A DNA stretch of 64,000 bases from Treponemataceae bacterium (GTDB taxonomy: Bacteria > Spirochaetota > Spirochaetia > Treponematales > Rectinemataceae), in assembly GCA_963678065.2 (NCBI GenBank), contig CAXXVZ010000005.1, positions 1,120,001 to 1,184,000 on the forward strand, read 5' to 3'. Made by a program: the position numbers and the translations under genes. Each line of letters starts with the position of its first letter. The first letter of the stretch is position 1. Under the pieces are notes generated by a model. It worked only from the letters and a program-made list of their open reading frames with translations. It did not search any database and was not told where the DNA came from. This document shows positions 19,201 through 28,062 of this stretch, one piece after another.

Positions 19201-21805
19201 ACCCGCTCCCGTAGCTGAACGAGGTCGTCGTCGTACTTGAGTCCCCCCAGGGCTCCGTCACGCTCGCAAGCGTATTCGTCGAGCTGTTCCACGCACTCGT
19301 CACCGTCTTGGTGTTGGCCGTCCCGTTCGCATAGTATTCAAGATCTTTCGTCTCGAGCAGCTTCAGGTCTGATTGGTATTTCCGGTATGTCTTGAAGCAC
19401 GATCCTGAAGCCTGCTCGACCGCCTCTCCCGCTATGATCCCGAAGCCTTTCACCAGGTTGTCCGTGAAGTTGTTCGTCGATGTGTACGGATTGTCCCAGA
19501 AGGTGGTGTCAGACGTAAGCGTATTGAGGTAGGCCGTGTATGTACTTCCCGCAAGGCTGTTCTGCGTCCGCGTCCGCCGCCCATCGCTGTCGTACGAATG
19601 CGTCAGCGTGTACCGCGATGTACCGGAATCCCCGATGTAGACATATTCGTACTGCGTGCGATAGCTCCCAAGTAACGAGGAAGTCGGGGTGAATGAGCGC
19701 CCTGTTTTCGTATAGAAGTCACTTGAGTTCTTGTACGTGATATCCGTTCCCACGCCAAGGTATTCTCTGTCAGGCGCACTACCAGCATGGGAAAACTGTA
19801 CTTCGCGCTTTGTTATCGCCGTCTCACTACCACTAACCCGGTACGTCGCAATCGTCGTCTTCGACGGAAAGATATCCCACGCCGTTGGGCATCCTGTCGT
19901 CGAACGCTGATAATCCGAAGATGTGAACGCAGATTGTCCATACGTCGATTCATAGCTGTAATAGTCTTTCGCGTACTCCGTCGATCCGGACTGTTCCTTG
20001 CGGATGACGTTCGTCACCTTCGGTTTGTTTTCATAGTATCGATCCCAAAATTCATTTCTATCTCCTGGCGGATCGACGTCATTGGAATGATAGTACGTAT
20101 TATACCCATTCGGATGGAACGAAATCCCGAACGTATATTTCGAGTACCCTTTCCCCGGCGATTGCACTTCGATGTAGTCCCCTGTCACTCCCGAACTCAG
20201 CGAGTACCCGTAGGTCGTCGAACGCAACACCGTGCTGTACGTCGACTCGTTCGACAGGCTCGGCGTGAACGAGGTGATGGTCTGCGTGATCGGCACCGTT
20301 CCCAGTTCATCGATCGCAATGATCCGCCCCGACGAGTCGAGTGTCTTCCGCTGCAGAAACAGATCCCCCGGATTCAGCGTCGTCCCGTTCGTGGTCGACG
20401 ACAGGATGTACACGATCTTTGTCTGACCATTCGATCCCGCGTAGCTGTAAATCTTCACCGCACGTCCGTCCGTGTGGTCCATCAGCGTCAAGGTCGTCCC
20501 CGAGTAGCTGAACGTGACGCCGTTCACCAGGGACGGATCCCAGATCTTCGACACATACCCCGATCCCGTGAACTCTGCCTCTCGTCCGTCCGGATAGAAG
20601 AGCCGCGCAGACGTCGCCTTGTAGTTGTACCAATACGTCGTAATGGGATCATCGTCTCGCGGTTGGTATGTACTCCATGAAACCAATTCATATATGGTAA
20701 AGCGACCTGTGTACCCTACTTCCGGAATCCGTACCGTCAGGGTTGTACCGGATTTCCGTATGATGTACCGATCGGTTTGAATATCGGTATCCGATGCCCA
20801 GCTTCTCCAGCCATTCATCACATTTGACAAGTCAAAGACTGTCCCGTTGGGGATCATCAATTTCAACGTATCGTAGCTGCCATAGGTACAGAATGGTAAA
20901 TCGTAGCTCCACCCTTTCGCGTACTCATACGGGCTGTTGTTTTTGGGGCTGACACAGGTGATACCCGACGAATTTATACCACTCGTTAACGTTTGGACAT
21001 ACAATGAATATACGTAGTCCGAATTAAAACTCGACTCGAGACCGAATCCGATCCCCCGTGCGGGAATGTCCACCTCGGTGCTGTCCATGAGGAGCGTCCC
21101 GAAGTACGGGTCCACCCGCTCACTCCTCGATCCTCCCAAGCCCACGAGCGTTCCCGCTTCATTGACTCTGCTGAATGATAATCCAGTCTGATAATAGCTG
21201 AAGTGCTCGATGGATGCCGTAATGGTGTGCGTAACCATGTCCTGGCTCAGCTTCGGCACAACCTCCCACCGCTTCACGCTTTCATTGTACCAGAACACCT
21301 GGATCTGGCTCTCCGGCATCCCCTCTGGACAGGTGTACGGCAGCGTCAGCCTCGCAGGCTTCGTGAACCGCAGCTTCTCAGGCCCAAACTCCCACACCGG
21401 ACCCGTGATCCCCATCCCGTCGATCTGTCCGTTCCGCCCTGCCGCCGGTCCTCCTACCTGCCTCACCGTCATCGCCAGTCCCCGGTTCCCCAGTCCCTGC
21501 CCCGTCTTCGCAAACGTACTCGCCGCCACACGCCCGCCCGACTTCCCCGACTGCCTGACCGTCGCCACCGACAGGTCCACCGCCTCTGAATCGAACTCGA
21601 TCTGTCCCGCCCCCGTGCCGAAGCTGAACGTGTGCCGTCCCTTCACGAGCGGCGTGTACGAGTCCGTCCCGTCCGTTCCCCGTTCGATCCGGTACGCGCC
21701 TCCGGCAGTCGCCGCTTCCGGCGCCCGTGTCTGTGCCCATGCGCCCATGGCAGCGCAGGCGAACACGATGCAGGCTCTCAGCTTCTTCCTCGCGGGCTTG
21801 TTCAT
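16259..21805 (-). CDS. Rhs/YD-repeat polymorphic toxin 1: Sec signal, ZU5-like domain, Rhs core, AHH-type HNH nuclease tip
   Basis: YD repeats, YTGKERDATGLYYFNARYYD, NNPLSFTDPSG; tip LHHFAT...N...HLGRH...YH. Confidence 0.93.
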   Translation of the reverse strand: MNKPARKKLRACIVFACAAMGAWAQTRAPEAATAGGAYRIERGTDGTDSYTPLVKGRHTFSFGTGAGQIEFDSEAVDLSVATVRQSGKSGGRVAASTFAKTGQGLGNRGLAMTVRQVGGPAAGRNGQIDGMGITGPVWEFGPEKLRFTKPARLTLPYTCPEGMPESQIQVFWYNESVKRWEVVPKLSQDMVTHTITASIEHFSYYQTGLSFSRVNEAGTLVGLGGSRSERVDPYFGTLLMDSTEVDIPARGIGFGLESSFNSDYVYSLYVQTLTSGINSSGITCVSPKNNSPYEYAKGWSYDLPFCTYGSYDTLKLMIPNGTVFDLSNVMNGWRSWASDTDIQTDRYIIRKSGTTLTVRIPEVGYTGRFTIYELVSWSTYQPRDDDPITTYWYNYKATSARLFYPDGREAEFTGSGYVSKIWDPSLVNGVTFSYSGTTLTLMDHTDGRAVKIYSYAGSNGQTKIVYILSSTTNGTTLNPGDLFLQRKTLDSSGRIIAIDELGTVPITQTITSFTPSLSNESTYSTVLRSTTYGYSLSSGVTGDYIEVQSPGKGYSKYTFGISFHPNGYNTYYHSNDVDPPGDRNEFWDRYYENKPKVTNVIRKEQSGSTEYAKDYYSYESTYGQSAFTSSDYQRSTTGCPTAWDIFPSKTTIATYRVSGSETAITKREVQFSHAGSAPDREYLGVGTDITYKNSSDFYTKTGRSFTPTSSLLGSYRTQYEYVYIGDSGTSRYTLTHSYDSDGRRTRTQNSLAGSTYTAYLNTLTSDTTFWDNPYTSTNNFTDNLVKGFGIIAGEAVEQASGSCFKTYRKYQSDLKLLETKDLEYYANGTANTKTVTSAWNSSTNTLASVTEPWGDSSTTTTSFSYGSGWKSSFVTTQTKELGANIGTNDRVVTTYDYDLAGRRLQEGTVVTDSQGTAIDGTKYPAATSKLECDGLGRVTKKSRVVSGTETTLGRYEYGQDTNGLWSTATDGKGFRTESRYDFYGRLLQEIPYKPDTASRDATYTGSGEVAIGKVVKTWDMAMPSLVKSETVYLDAGLSTQLVTSYSYDVLGRPVQVQSGPSSGSQVTMVATAYDDSQNTVTVDRYRDGSTYTRTRTQKDWLGRTSSEIQWDGTNGGGNSRTTSYAYNFTGQVTSKTMPNGEAYTYVYTRAGRLQTESYPMGRGSKSNTYYPDGRVRVATELNGDTVSYTYNKAGMERTRTTASTRSPQPATLVVTSAYCQYGPATVAEQRGGESTPSQTVAWEYGVNGIPAKESRTVPTQAGSKTATVVRTYDLANNPASVTVTGFGGYAKAVNYATPYFGGTGYGGNTNTLSVSDSSSNLLGRTGLSFWGGRTAVSYGTSGGTAVYGYDTWLRMSSVDNPGSLCDGSYTYDRMGNVTGRDGVSYGYDGMNRLSTGGGTSYGYDAIGNLTQSTGTDPASYGYAPVSGVNSMLLRNITHPSSQAVTDDASRGWVTGVQNRYASLTWDVYGRLEGMGDLARNAGGTQTDSYRYYPDGLRYRKDETSTTGAVTTTLYVYEGNEILLKERMEGSTWKTAQVNVRLGGMEVGRYVKDYVGNTERLEYVWQDNLGSRRAVTDTAGTVKAKIDYAVWGGSTVTNYNGYDGSQDVSYTGKERDATGLYYFNARYYDCVAGRFYSEDPVRDGGNWFVYCGNNPLSFTDPSGLAHEVDDDHHGGHILSDNNGKLSASSGDSENRVKEFEKAERAEGRREVIEDVAKAVGSLLQGMNNASDSVLRLLYGNNVANLLNDYCLIYEEQLHHFATNKNSKFTQQMEDIAEKFGLKLDEAWNKELMPHLGRHPDAYHDFVQQGMQDAAVGAGTSQAKFLELFNQYVKTPVIENPGMLRKAWWQ

Positions 21806-21863
21806 ACCTTCTCTCCTTAGAGACTCTCTCGATGGGGGTGCTTGATTAGAATAATTATTATTG

Positions 21864-21891
21864 AGTATAAACCAACTTACTGGGCAGTCAA
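21864..21891 (-). promoter_or_regulatory. Sigma70-like promoter for rhs1
   Basis: TTGACT-16 nt-TATACT; AAGGAG before ATG. Confidence 0.6.
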
Positions 21892-21892
21892 G

Positions 21893-22594
21893 TCAGTTTT
21901 GTGTATCATCATTCGATTTTGTCAACACAAGCTCAATATCTGCACAGCGACGTTCGATATCCGGGTCATAGCGCAGTGACAAGTAGGCCTTGAGATGTGT
22001 GAACGCGTCCTGTGGTTTCTGGAGCTGGTACTGGTAGAGATCGGCCAGGAAGAGATGCACGTAGGGCTCGTTGTACCCACCGGAGAGCAGGGCCTGCAGT
22101 ATGGTGACAGCCCGTGCCGTGTCACCCATACGGAATGTCAGAACAGCGTCGAGATACCGTGCCGAGGGATCGTCAGGGATCAGGCGGAGCGCCCGGTCGA
22201 TGCAGGAGCGGGCGGACGACCAGTGGCGTTGCCCCAGTTCTGCCTCGGCCTCTGCGAGCACCTGTTCCGCCGAGATCATCTTCACATACAGGACAAACGT
22301 CGCATCCGAATAGTTCAGGGAGATATGAACATCTTCATGGTTGGTCTTATGGAACACCAGTTCATAGGTCCCGAATTCGAACTCCGGGATGGCGAATCGG
22401 CCATTGATATCCGTGCGCACCCGGATGGTTCCCGCGATGGAGATCTCCACATCGGCAACCGGTCGGTTGTCATGATCATAGACCATACCCAGCAAGGTCG
22501 GTGCCGATGGCGTGGACTCCATTTTCTGTTGTGTTGCGCACGATGCAAACGCGAGGACAACACCTATCCACAAAACTGCTTTCATATGATGCAT
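21893..22594 (-). CDS. Lipoprotein, carboxypeptidase-regulatory-like beta-sandwich plus TPR
   Basis: Lipobox LAFASC; GMVYD..NRPVADV...TDINGRF; helical TPR-like C-terminus. Confidence 0.75.
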   Translation of the reverse strand: MHHMKAVLWIGVVLAFASCATQQKMESTPSAPTLLGMVYDHDNRPVADVEISIAGTIRVRTDINGRFAIPEFEFGTYELVFHKTNHEDVHISLNYSDATFVLYVKMISAEQVLAEAEAELGQRHWSSARSCIDRALRLIPDDPSARYLDAVLTFRMGDTARAVTILQALLSGGYNEPYVHLFLADLYQYQLQKPQDAFTHLKAYLSLRYDPDIERRCADIELVLTKSNDDTQN

Positions 22595-22598
22595 GTAA

Positions 22599-23087
22599 TC
22601 ACCTCTTCAATACTCGTGTCCGCGTGCCCTGGATCTCGAGGATGCAGGAACCGTTGTCTGAACTCGTCAACCGAACGTCTCCTTCCGGGACTCCATCCGT
22701 TCGAGCTTTCAGTACGCCGCCAGTCCGTTCGTCCTTGAAAAAGAGTCGAGCTACCCCATCTGAATCTTCGACCGTCCCGACATACCGTAGCCACGGTGCG
22801 TCGATCACGGGCTGTGGCGCCACGGTGGTAGGCGGTTTCGTCAGGGGGGCACGAAGTTTGGGGGGATCCAGTTGTTTCGCAAATGCGTGCACAAGCATAC
22901 GAGGATCGGGCAGCGGTGGGGAGAGTGGGATAGTCGATACTGTTTCCGGTTGTGCCGTGGTTGTAGCCGCTCCTGCCTGTCGGCTCTGTGCGCGCGCCAT
23001 GTCGCGTATCCGCTCGGGCGCGAATATGAAGGCAAGGATGGAGAGCAGCAAGGCAAGGCTTCCTGCAATGATGCTATTTCGTTTCAT
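22599..23087 (-). CDS. T2SS-associated membrane protein (GspC/PilP-like)
   Basis: N-terminal TM, Pro-rich linker, LRYVGTV; operon position. Confidence 0.5.
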   Translation of the reverse strand: MKRNSIIAGSLALLLSILAFIFAPERIRDMARAQSRQAGAATTTAQPETVSTIPLSPPLPDPRMLVHAFAKQLDPPKLRAPLTKPPTTVAPQPVIDAPWLRYVGTVEDSDGVARLFFKDERTGGVLKARTDGVPEGDVRLTSSDNGSCILEIQGTRTRVLKR

Positions 23088-23583
23088 ACTTCATCCCGAT
23101 GACAGCATCAAGTGTACCACTCGTCGAAGCGACCAGTCGGACCGACTGTATGGAAAGACCATCCGGACGGTTCGAAAGATCAGAAAGGAATCCTAAGACC
23201 GCCACAGCGGGACCGGTAGCCTCACACTCGAGAAGTGGCTCTCCTTTATTCGTTACCGTCCGGAACCCGCGGAGGGCCATGCCCCGCTCGGCAGAAAGGG
23301 TCCGAACACGAAGCCCGATATCCGAAAAACGTAGGTCGGATTTTTCCGAGTGCACGGTCGGTGTGGAAGGGAGCAGTGCCGTCAATGCGGCAATCCGCTC
23401 CTGTATCCTGCGCATATCGTCGTCACGAGGTATCTGAAACGCCGCCATCATTCGGCTATAGCGCGCGATGGATGTTTCGATGTCAAAAACTCGTTCACCC
23501 GCGCGGACCAGCAGGATGGCTGCCAGCGTCATTCCAAGGATACGCACAGCGAGCAGGCCGATTCGTTTCTCATGTTCCTGCAT
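23074..23583 (-). CDS. GspM/PilO-like protein
   Basis: TM, coiled coil, ferredoxin-like tail (VLGFLSDL); follows GspL-like gene. Confidence 0.55.
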   Translation of the reverse strand: MQEHEKRIGLLAVRILGMTLAAILLVRAGERVFDIETSIARYSRMMAAFQIPRDDDMRRIQERIAALTALLPSTPTVHSEKSDLRFSDIGLRVRTLSAERGMALRGFRTVTNKGEPLLECEATGPAVAVLGFLSDLSNRPDGLSIQSVRLVASTSGTLDAVIGMKYETK

Positions 23584-24700
23584 GGGTGTATCTCCCGGAA
23601 ATCACGAATCGTTCCGATCGCGCGTCAAGCCGTGCGGATGAATGCAGGACCAGGTGCGAAAACTGTTTGGAACTCTCCAATGCTGCGAGAACCGAGAGTG
23701 AATCGATGCCTTCGGCCTCGAACCGGAACTCCGAACCGGTTACCTCCAGCGTGGTCATGCGGCAGTTCTCTCCAAAGGCCGGCGCAATCGCCGCGATGAG
23801 TTCATACGGAGATGGTTCAGCCGTTTTCCGCGTCTGCGCATAGCGGGATTCCAGTTCCTGCAATGCCGTGCGAGCGTGTTTCGCTCGATCCTGCGCCTGA
23901 CGAGCAAGTTCATACTGGCGTTTGCGTGCGTCGCGATCCTGCTGCCGTAACGCGCCATACCGCAGTACAGCCCCGATACACAAAGCGGCGCATACCCAGG
24001 GAATGGCCGCGACCATGATTCGCACGGCGGTTCGTGTCCGCGAAGGGGGTATCTGAAACACTGCCATGGCATTCGCGTCCCACGGTCGCATTCGGTCGGC
24101 AAGCAGGGAGACGGTGCAGGGGATGCGCGCCGACGCGACCAGATCCCGCATTCCGGACACTTCGGCGCGCATGTCATCGGCAAGGACTATCTGTATCGTC
24201 TCACATCCCTCGGACAGGTCCTCAAGCGCCTGTACCCCCCTCTTCCGATCCGGTTCTACAGGATAGGCGTGCAATGAGACGACACGTCCTGCTTCGAACA
24301 CGGCACCTTCGAACGAACGGAGTGACCAGAGCGCACAGAGGGTCCTTTTTCTGGTGGGACACACGCGAGCGAGGATCGAAGCCGACACGAGAAGGGGACG
24401 GTCCCCCGCCAGAGCCCGACAGGCATCGAGCTGCTCGCGTTTCATGACGACGACAGCCCGGCGCCGTTTGTCAAAACCCGGGAGCGAAGCATACACGGTA
24501 TCCTCGGGATCTCCGGGATAGAGCGCCCGCAGGCGATACTGCATCGTCAGGGCGAGCTCGTCGTCCCGTAAGGGAGGAAGATCCAGCAGCATGAGCTCGT
24601 ACTCGGATCCGGACAGCATGACGGCGTCACCGGATACCCTGCCCGGAGAGATAGCCAGGGGAGTCACCATGCCGCGTTCGTAGCACGAAAGTGTGTTCAC
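23570..24700 (-). CDS. GspL/PilN-like protein
   Basis: Cytoplasmic domain, TM, coiled coil, PilN-like tail (LESSKQFSHL). Confidence 0.65.
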   Translation of the reverse strand: MNTLSCYERGMVTPLAISPGRVSGDAVMLSGSEYELMLLDLPPLRDDELALTMQYRLRALYPGDPEDTVYASLPGFDKRRRAVVVMKREQLDACRALAGDRPLLVSASILARVCPTRKRTLCALWSLRSFEGAVFEAGRVVSLHAYPVEPDRKRGVQALEDLSEGCETIQIVLADDMRAEVSGMRDLVASARIPCTVSLLADRMRPWDANAMAVFQIPPSRTRTAVRIMVAAIPWVCAALCIGAVLRYGALRQQDRDARKRQYELARQAQDRAKHARTALQELESRYAQTRKTAEPSPYELIAAIAPAFGENCRMTTLEVTGSEFRFEAEGIDSLSVLAALESSKQFSHLVLHSSARLDARSERFVISGRYTHAGT

Positions 24701-25716
24701 GGTTCGAATCTCCGTTCAATCACGCGAAACTGCGGTTGTGCGTGCAAGCCATGCGAAAAGTCCGTTGGATTATATGGCAATCGGGCTACAATGAGGGTAC
24801 ACCGTTCATCCTGCAATGTCGCGGTCACGTCCCAGAAGGCGGTCGTGGTTCCGATGTACTGCAGTAGCGTGTGCCGTTCGGAAACTCCAAGCGCGGCCGC
24901 GATATCCGCTCGGGACATCTCGGCGTACCGGCGCAGTTCCAGCAATCGGGCGGTCTTCCGTGCCGGATTCTCAATGGCATACTCCGGATACGCCACAAGT
25001 TCCCCAAGAATGTACGGATCTACAAAGTGAATATTGAACCAGGGTTCGGTATTGATCACGGGAAATACGCGTGCAGCATCCTCGCCCAGATAGGTGGCAT
25101 ACTCCTCGTCAAGAAGGATCCTCTTTTCCGTCAGAAGGCTCTGTATCCTTGTGTGGAACGCTTGTGCTCCATACGCGGATCCCGAGAGCGACGCATACAA
25201 GGATCGAAGGACGAACTCATCGGTCAGATTTATGTTTGCCCATCCATACGTGGTGCAATACGGACGGGCTGACTCCCGAAAGAATGCCATGTACGGCTCA
25301 AGTGTGGGTGACAAGCCCGAATCGACCCGGAACTGCTGGAGTTCCGCTGCGGTGACCCCTGGCTTGAGCAAGGAGGAAAATGCAGTCTTCTCCAGAAGAT
25401 TTTTTCTGATATAGTTGAGATTCAACCGACTGGAGATATCGGTGATCTTCACGCGTATCCCGTCGTGTTCCCCTGTGGTGCAGTACTCCTGAACCGGATC
25501 TCCCGCCCAGTCAGACTCAGGCGTCGGGTCATCGGAAAGACGCGCGACAACGGTCATGGCTTCCGTGTAGAGTCGGGTTTTCCTCGCTTCCCGATCGGCG
25601 CTTCTGCGGACAGAAGAGCGTGACACCTCCAGGTAGCCTGATACCCCCATAAGGGCGGCCGCAAGGATCAGCAGCATCACCAGAACCCGTGGGGCTATCG
25701 ATCCGGAGCTGTCCAT
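24697..25716 (-). CDS. gspK: GspK-like minor pseudopilin
   Basis: N-terminal hydrophobic helix, ITDISSRLNLN, NINL, INT motifs. Confidence 0.7.
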   Translation of the reverse strand: MDSSGSIAPRVLVMLLILAAALMGVSGYLEVSRSSVRRSADREARKTRLYTEAMTVVARLSDDPTPESDWAGDPVQEYCTTGEHDGIRVKITDISSRLNLNYIRKNLLEKTAFSSLLKPGVTAAELQQFRVDSGLSPTLEPYMAFFRESARPYCTTYGWANINLTDEFVLRSLYASLSGSAYGAQAFHTRIQSLLTEKRILLDEEYATYLGEDAARVFPVINTEPWFNIHFVDPYILGELVAYPEYAIENPARKTARLLELRRYAEMSRADIAAALGVSERHTLLQYIGTTTAFWDVTATLQDERCTLIVARLPYNPTDFSHGLHAQPQFRVIERRFEP

Positions 25717-26261
25717 CAGTCATCCACCATCACCGGAATCGACCCGAACGATGCGATCGTACGATATTCCTTCCCCGCTATCCGGTACATCACCATCACG
25801 GCACGTATCCTTTGAGAGCTCTCGGGGAGCGGTTTCACCGATTCCAGCCGTACTCCATCGATCGTGACATGCTCGGACGAAGAGGCAATGGAAAGCGCAT
25901 CCCCTCCATTCGCCATTTCGAGAGTCAACGGCCCCGTCCCTTCATAGTATGGAAGCCGATAGACCCCATTCCCCGTTTCGAGGGTGACATCCCGAACCCA
26001 ATACGGGATGCGTATTCTGCCGACAAACCGACGCAGGGCGTCATCGGTTTGTACGAGTCGCGATGCGTATGATGCGGCGCGCCTGGTGGGTTCAGACGCG
26101 TGCAAGCCCGCCACCGTGACTGAATACGATGCCGCTCCGATGACCGCAAGAATGGCGAGGGCGGCGATAACCTCAAGGGTCGTCGAACCGTCTTCAGAAC
26201 GACTTTTCGTGTAGATCCCGGAGCACTGCCTCGTTGCGATCCTGCACCATGCGCTCAGCAT
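25716..26261 (-). CDS. Minor pseudopilin (GspJ-like); start uncertain
   Basis: G|STTLEVIAALAILAVIG type IV signal. Confidence 0.7.
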   Translation of the reverse strand: MLSAWCRIATRQCSGIYTKSRSEDGSTTLEVIAALAILAVIGAASYSVTVAGLHASEPTRRAASYASRLVQTDDALRRFVGRIRIPYWVRDVTLETGNGVYRLPYYEGTGPLTLEMANGGDALSIASSSEHVTIDGVRLESVKPLPESSQRIRAVMVMYRIAGKEYRTIASFGSIPVMVDD

Positions 26262-26415
26262 GCGCGCGAAGACGGATTGACGACTGTGACGCGATTCCGA
26301 TACCGGCGGCGATGGTTCCGGCGAGGAGGGCGGCGAGAAAAACCGTAACAATCGCGTCGACCAGCACATATCCGTCAGTCTTCCCAGGTCGTGATATCGG
26401 CGTTGATTCCGTCAC
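26194..26415 (-). CDS. Short minor pseudopilin (GspI-like); start uncertain
   Basis: G|YVLVDAIVTVFLAALLAG. Confidence 0.55.
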   Translation of the reverse strand: MTESTPISRPGKTDGYVLVDAIVTVFLAALLAGTIAAGIGIASQSSIRLRAHAERMVQDRNEAVLRDLHEKSF

Positions 26416-26830
26416 CGCCTTCTTTCCCGTCCGCTCCGAAACTTCGGAGACTGAATGGCTGGCTGTTTTTTCCGGGCATCTGGTATTCATAGGGATTCCC
26501 CCAGGGATCGCGTGGCGCTTTCTTGGTCAGATAGGGACCGCTCCATCCTGCAGGGACTGATTCGCCCGCGGGGCGCTCCCACAATGCTCCCAGCCCCTGA
26601 CTTTGGGTTGGATACTGTCCGCAATCGATGTAGTAGCCATCAAGCGCCAGCGAGAAGGTTTCCAGCTGGCTTCTGGCGGCGACAACCTTTGCCTTGTCGA
26701 GATAGCGGAATGCCATGAACCCTACGCTCGCGGTCAAAATGAGAATGATGCCAATCACCACAAGTGTTTCAACGAATGTCCAGCCGCCTTCGGGATGATC
26801 ATCGATGAAACGATTTTTTCTCCTAACCAT
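26375..26830 (-). CDS. gspG: T2SS major pseudopilin GspG
   Basis: G|WTFVETLVV; YPTQSQGLGAL, WSGPYL, DPWGNPYEY, SFGADGKEGG. Confidence 0.93.
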   Translation of the reverse strand: MVRRKNRFIDDHPEGGWTFVETLVVIGIILILTASVGFMAFRYLDKAKVVAARSQLETFSLALDGYYIDCGQYPTQSQGLGALWERPAGESVPAGWSGPYLTKKAPRDPWGNPYEYQMPGKNSQPFSLRSFGADGKEGGDGINADITTWED

Positions 26831-26853
26831 GAACAGACTCTCCTTACCGTAGC

Positions 26854-28062
26854 TCACTGCAGTACCGATCCATACAGAGAAAACAAGGGCACGATGAACG
26901 ACATGACCAGCCACAAGACAATTCCTCCCACCAGAACGATGAGCACCGGTTCCACGAGCGACATGGCCCGGTCGCTCATCCGATCGACGTCGGCCTGAAA
27001 GTAAATCCGGATCTGCGCGAAGACTGCGCGGGTATGACCGGACCGTTCCCCTGCGGCAACCCAGTGAGTAACATAGCGCGGGAGCTCATTCCGCCCCGAA
27101 CAGGCTCGGGACAAGGAGTCTCCCTTCATGATCGCGTCTTTGATAGCGATGACCGCTTCGCGATAAGCGGTATTGCCAATCACCGCCGACGCTTCTTCCA
27201 GGGCCCGTTCAAGGGGAATCCCTGCGGAAACCAGGATTTCCATGGCGAAGGCGAAGTTCATCGTTTCATAGGATTTCATGACGGTTCCGATTCCGGGAAT
27301 CCTGAGAATCGCACCGTCGACAAACCGAGCGAATGGTACCGTAGTTGCACGAATCCGCAGGCTGACCGGAATGCCGACAAGGAGCGCCGCAAGACCGATC
27401 GAAGACCACCGCAGGGTCGCCGCAATGCCGCGGGCATTCGTCTGCAGTTTCTGTGCGGCTTCTCCGCCGATTTGTTGAAAGATCTCGTACAAGCGCGGAA
27501 GAAGAAAGAAGGAGATACCGAGCAGCCCTCCCGCCGCGAGAACCAACACGAAGATCGGATACGTCAATGCGCCGACTATGTGATCCCGAATCTTTTTCCG
27601 TTGGGACAAGTATTCCGAAAGGCGGGGAAACATTTTTTCCACCGAACCCACCGTGTCCCCGACCGAGATCATCCCGCGATACATCGGCGGGAACGATTCG
27701 CCGCAGGATCGCATCGCGGATACAAAGCTTTCCCCCTTCTGGATCGGTTCCAGCAAGTCGGTAACCAGACGCGCAAGCTGCCCGGCTCCGACAATCCCCT
27801 TTTCCATCTCCAGCGCGTCTTTCAGGGTGAGACCTGAACTTAAGAGCATCGATGTCAGGTCCGTGAACTCTTGAATCGTCTCATGGGAATACCGACGGGT
27901 TCGGGTGGTCCTGATAGTACCTGCGGATACCTCGGATAGGGAAACAAGGAACCAGTCTCCGGTGGAGAAACTCCGCGCCGCTTCCTCGTCCGTTTCGGCA
28001 TTTCTGAGGATGCTTTTGCGCTGCCCCGAGGCATTCGTGACCACACATCGATAGGTAGGCAT
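26854..28062 (-). CDS. gspF: T2SS inner-membrane platform GspF/PilC
   Basis: Two T2SSF domains, ALTYP, GERSG, LVEP. Confidence 0.92.
   Translation of the reverse strand: MPTYRCVVTNASGQRKSILRNAETDEEAARSFSTGDWFLVSLSEVSAGTIRTTRTRRYSHETIQEFTDLTSMLLSSGLTLKDALEMEKGIVGAGQLARLVTDLLEPIQKGESFVSAMRSCGESFPPMYRGMISVGDTVGSVEKMFPRLSEYLSQRKKIRDHIVGALTYPIFVLVLAAGGLLGISFFLLPRLYEIFQQIGGEAAQKLQTNARGIAATLRWSSIGLAALLVGIPVSLRIRATTVPFARFVDGAILRIPGIGTVMKSYETMNFAFAMEILVSAGIPLERALEEASAVIGNTAYREAVIAIKDAIMKGDSLSRACSGRNELPRYVTHWVAAGERSGHTRAVFAQIRIYFQADVDRMSDRAMSLVEPVLIVLVGGIVLWLVMSFIVPLFSLYGSVLQ

Noticed and set aside
21856..21870. Shared TATTATTG/TTGAGTAT words between rhs leaders and the XRE intergenic region (cross-regulation)
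   Set aside because: Too short and AT-rich to distinguish from chance
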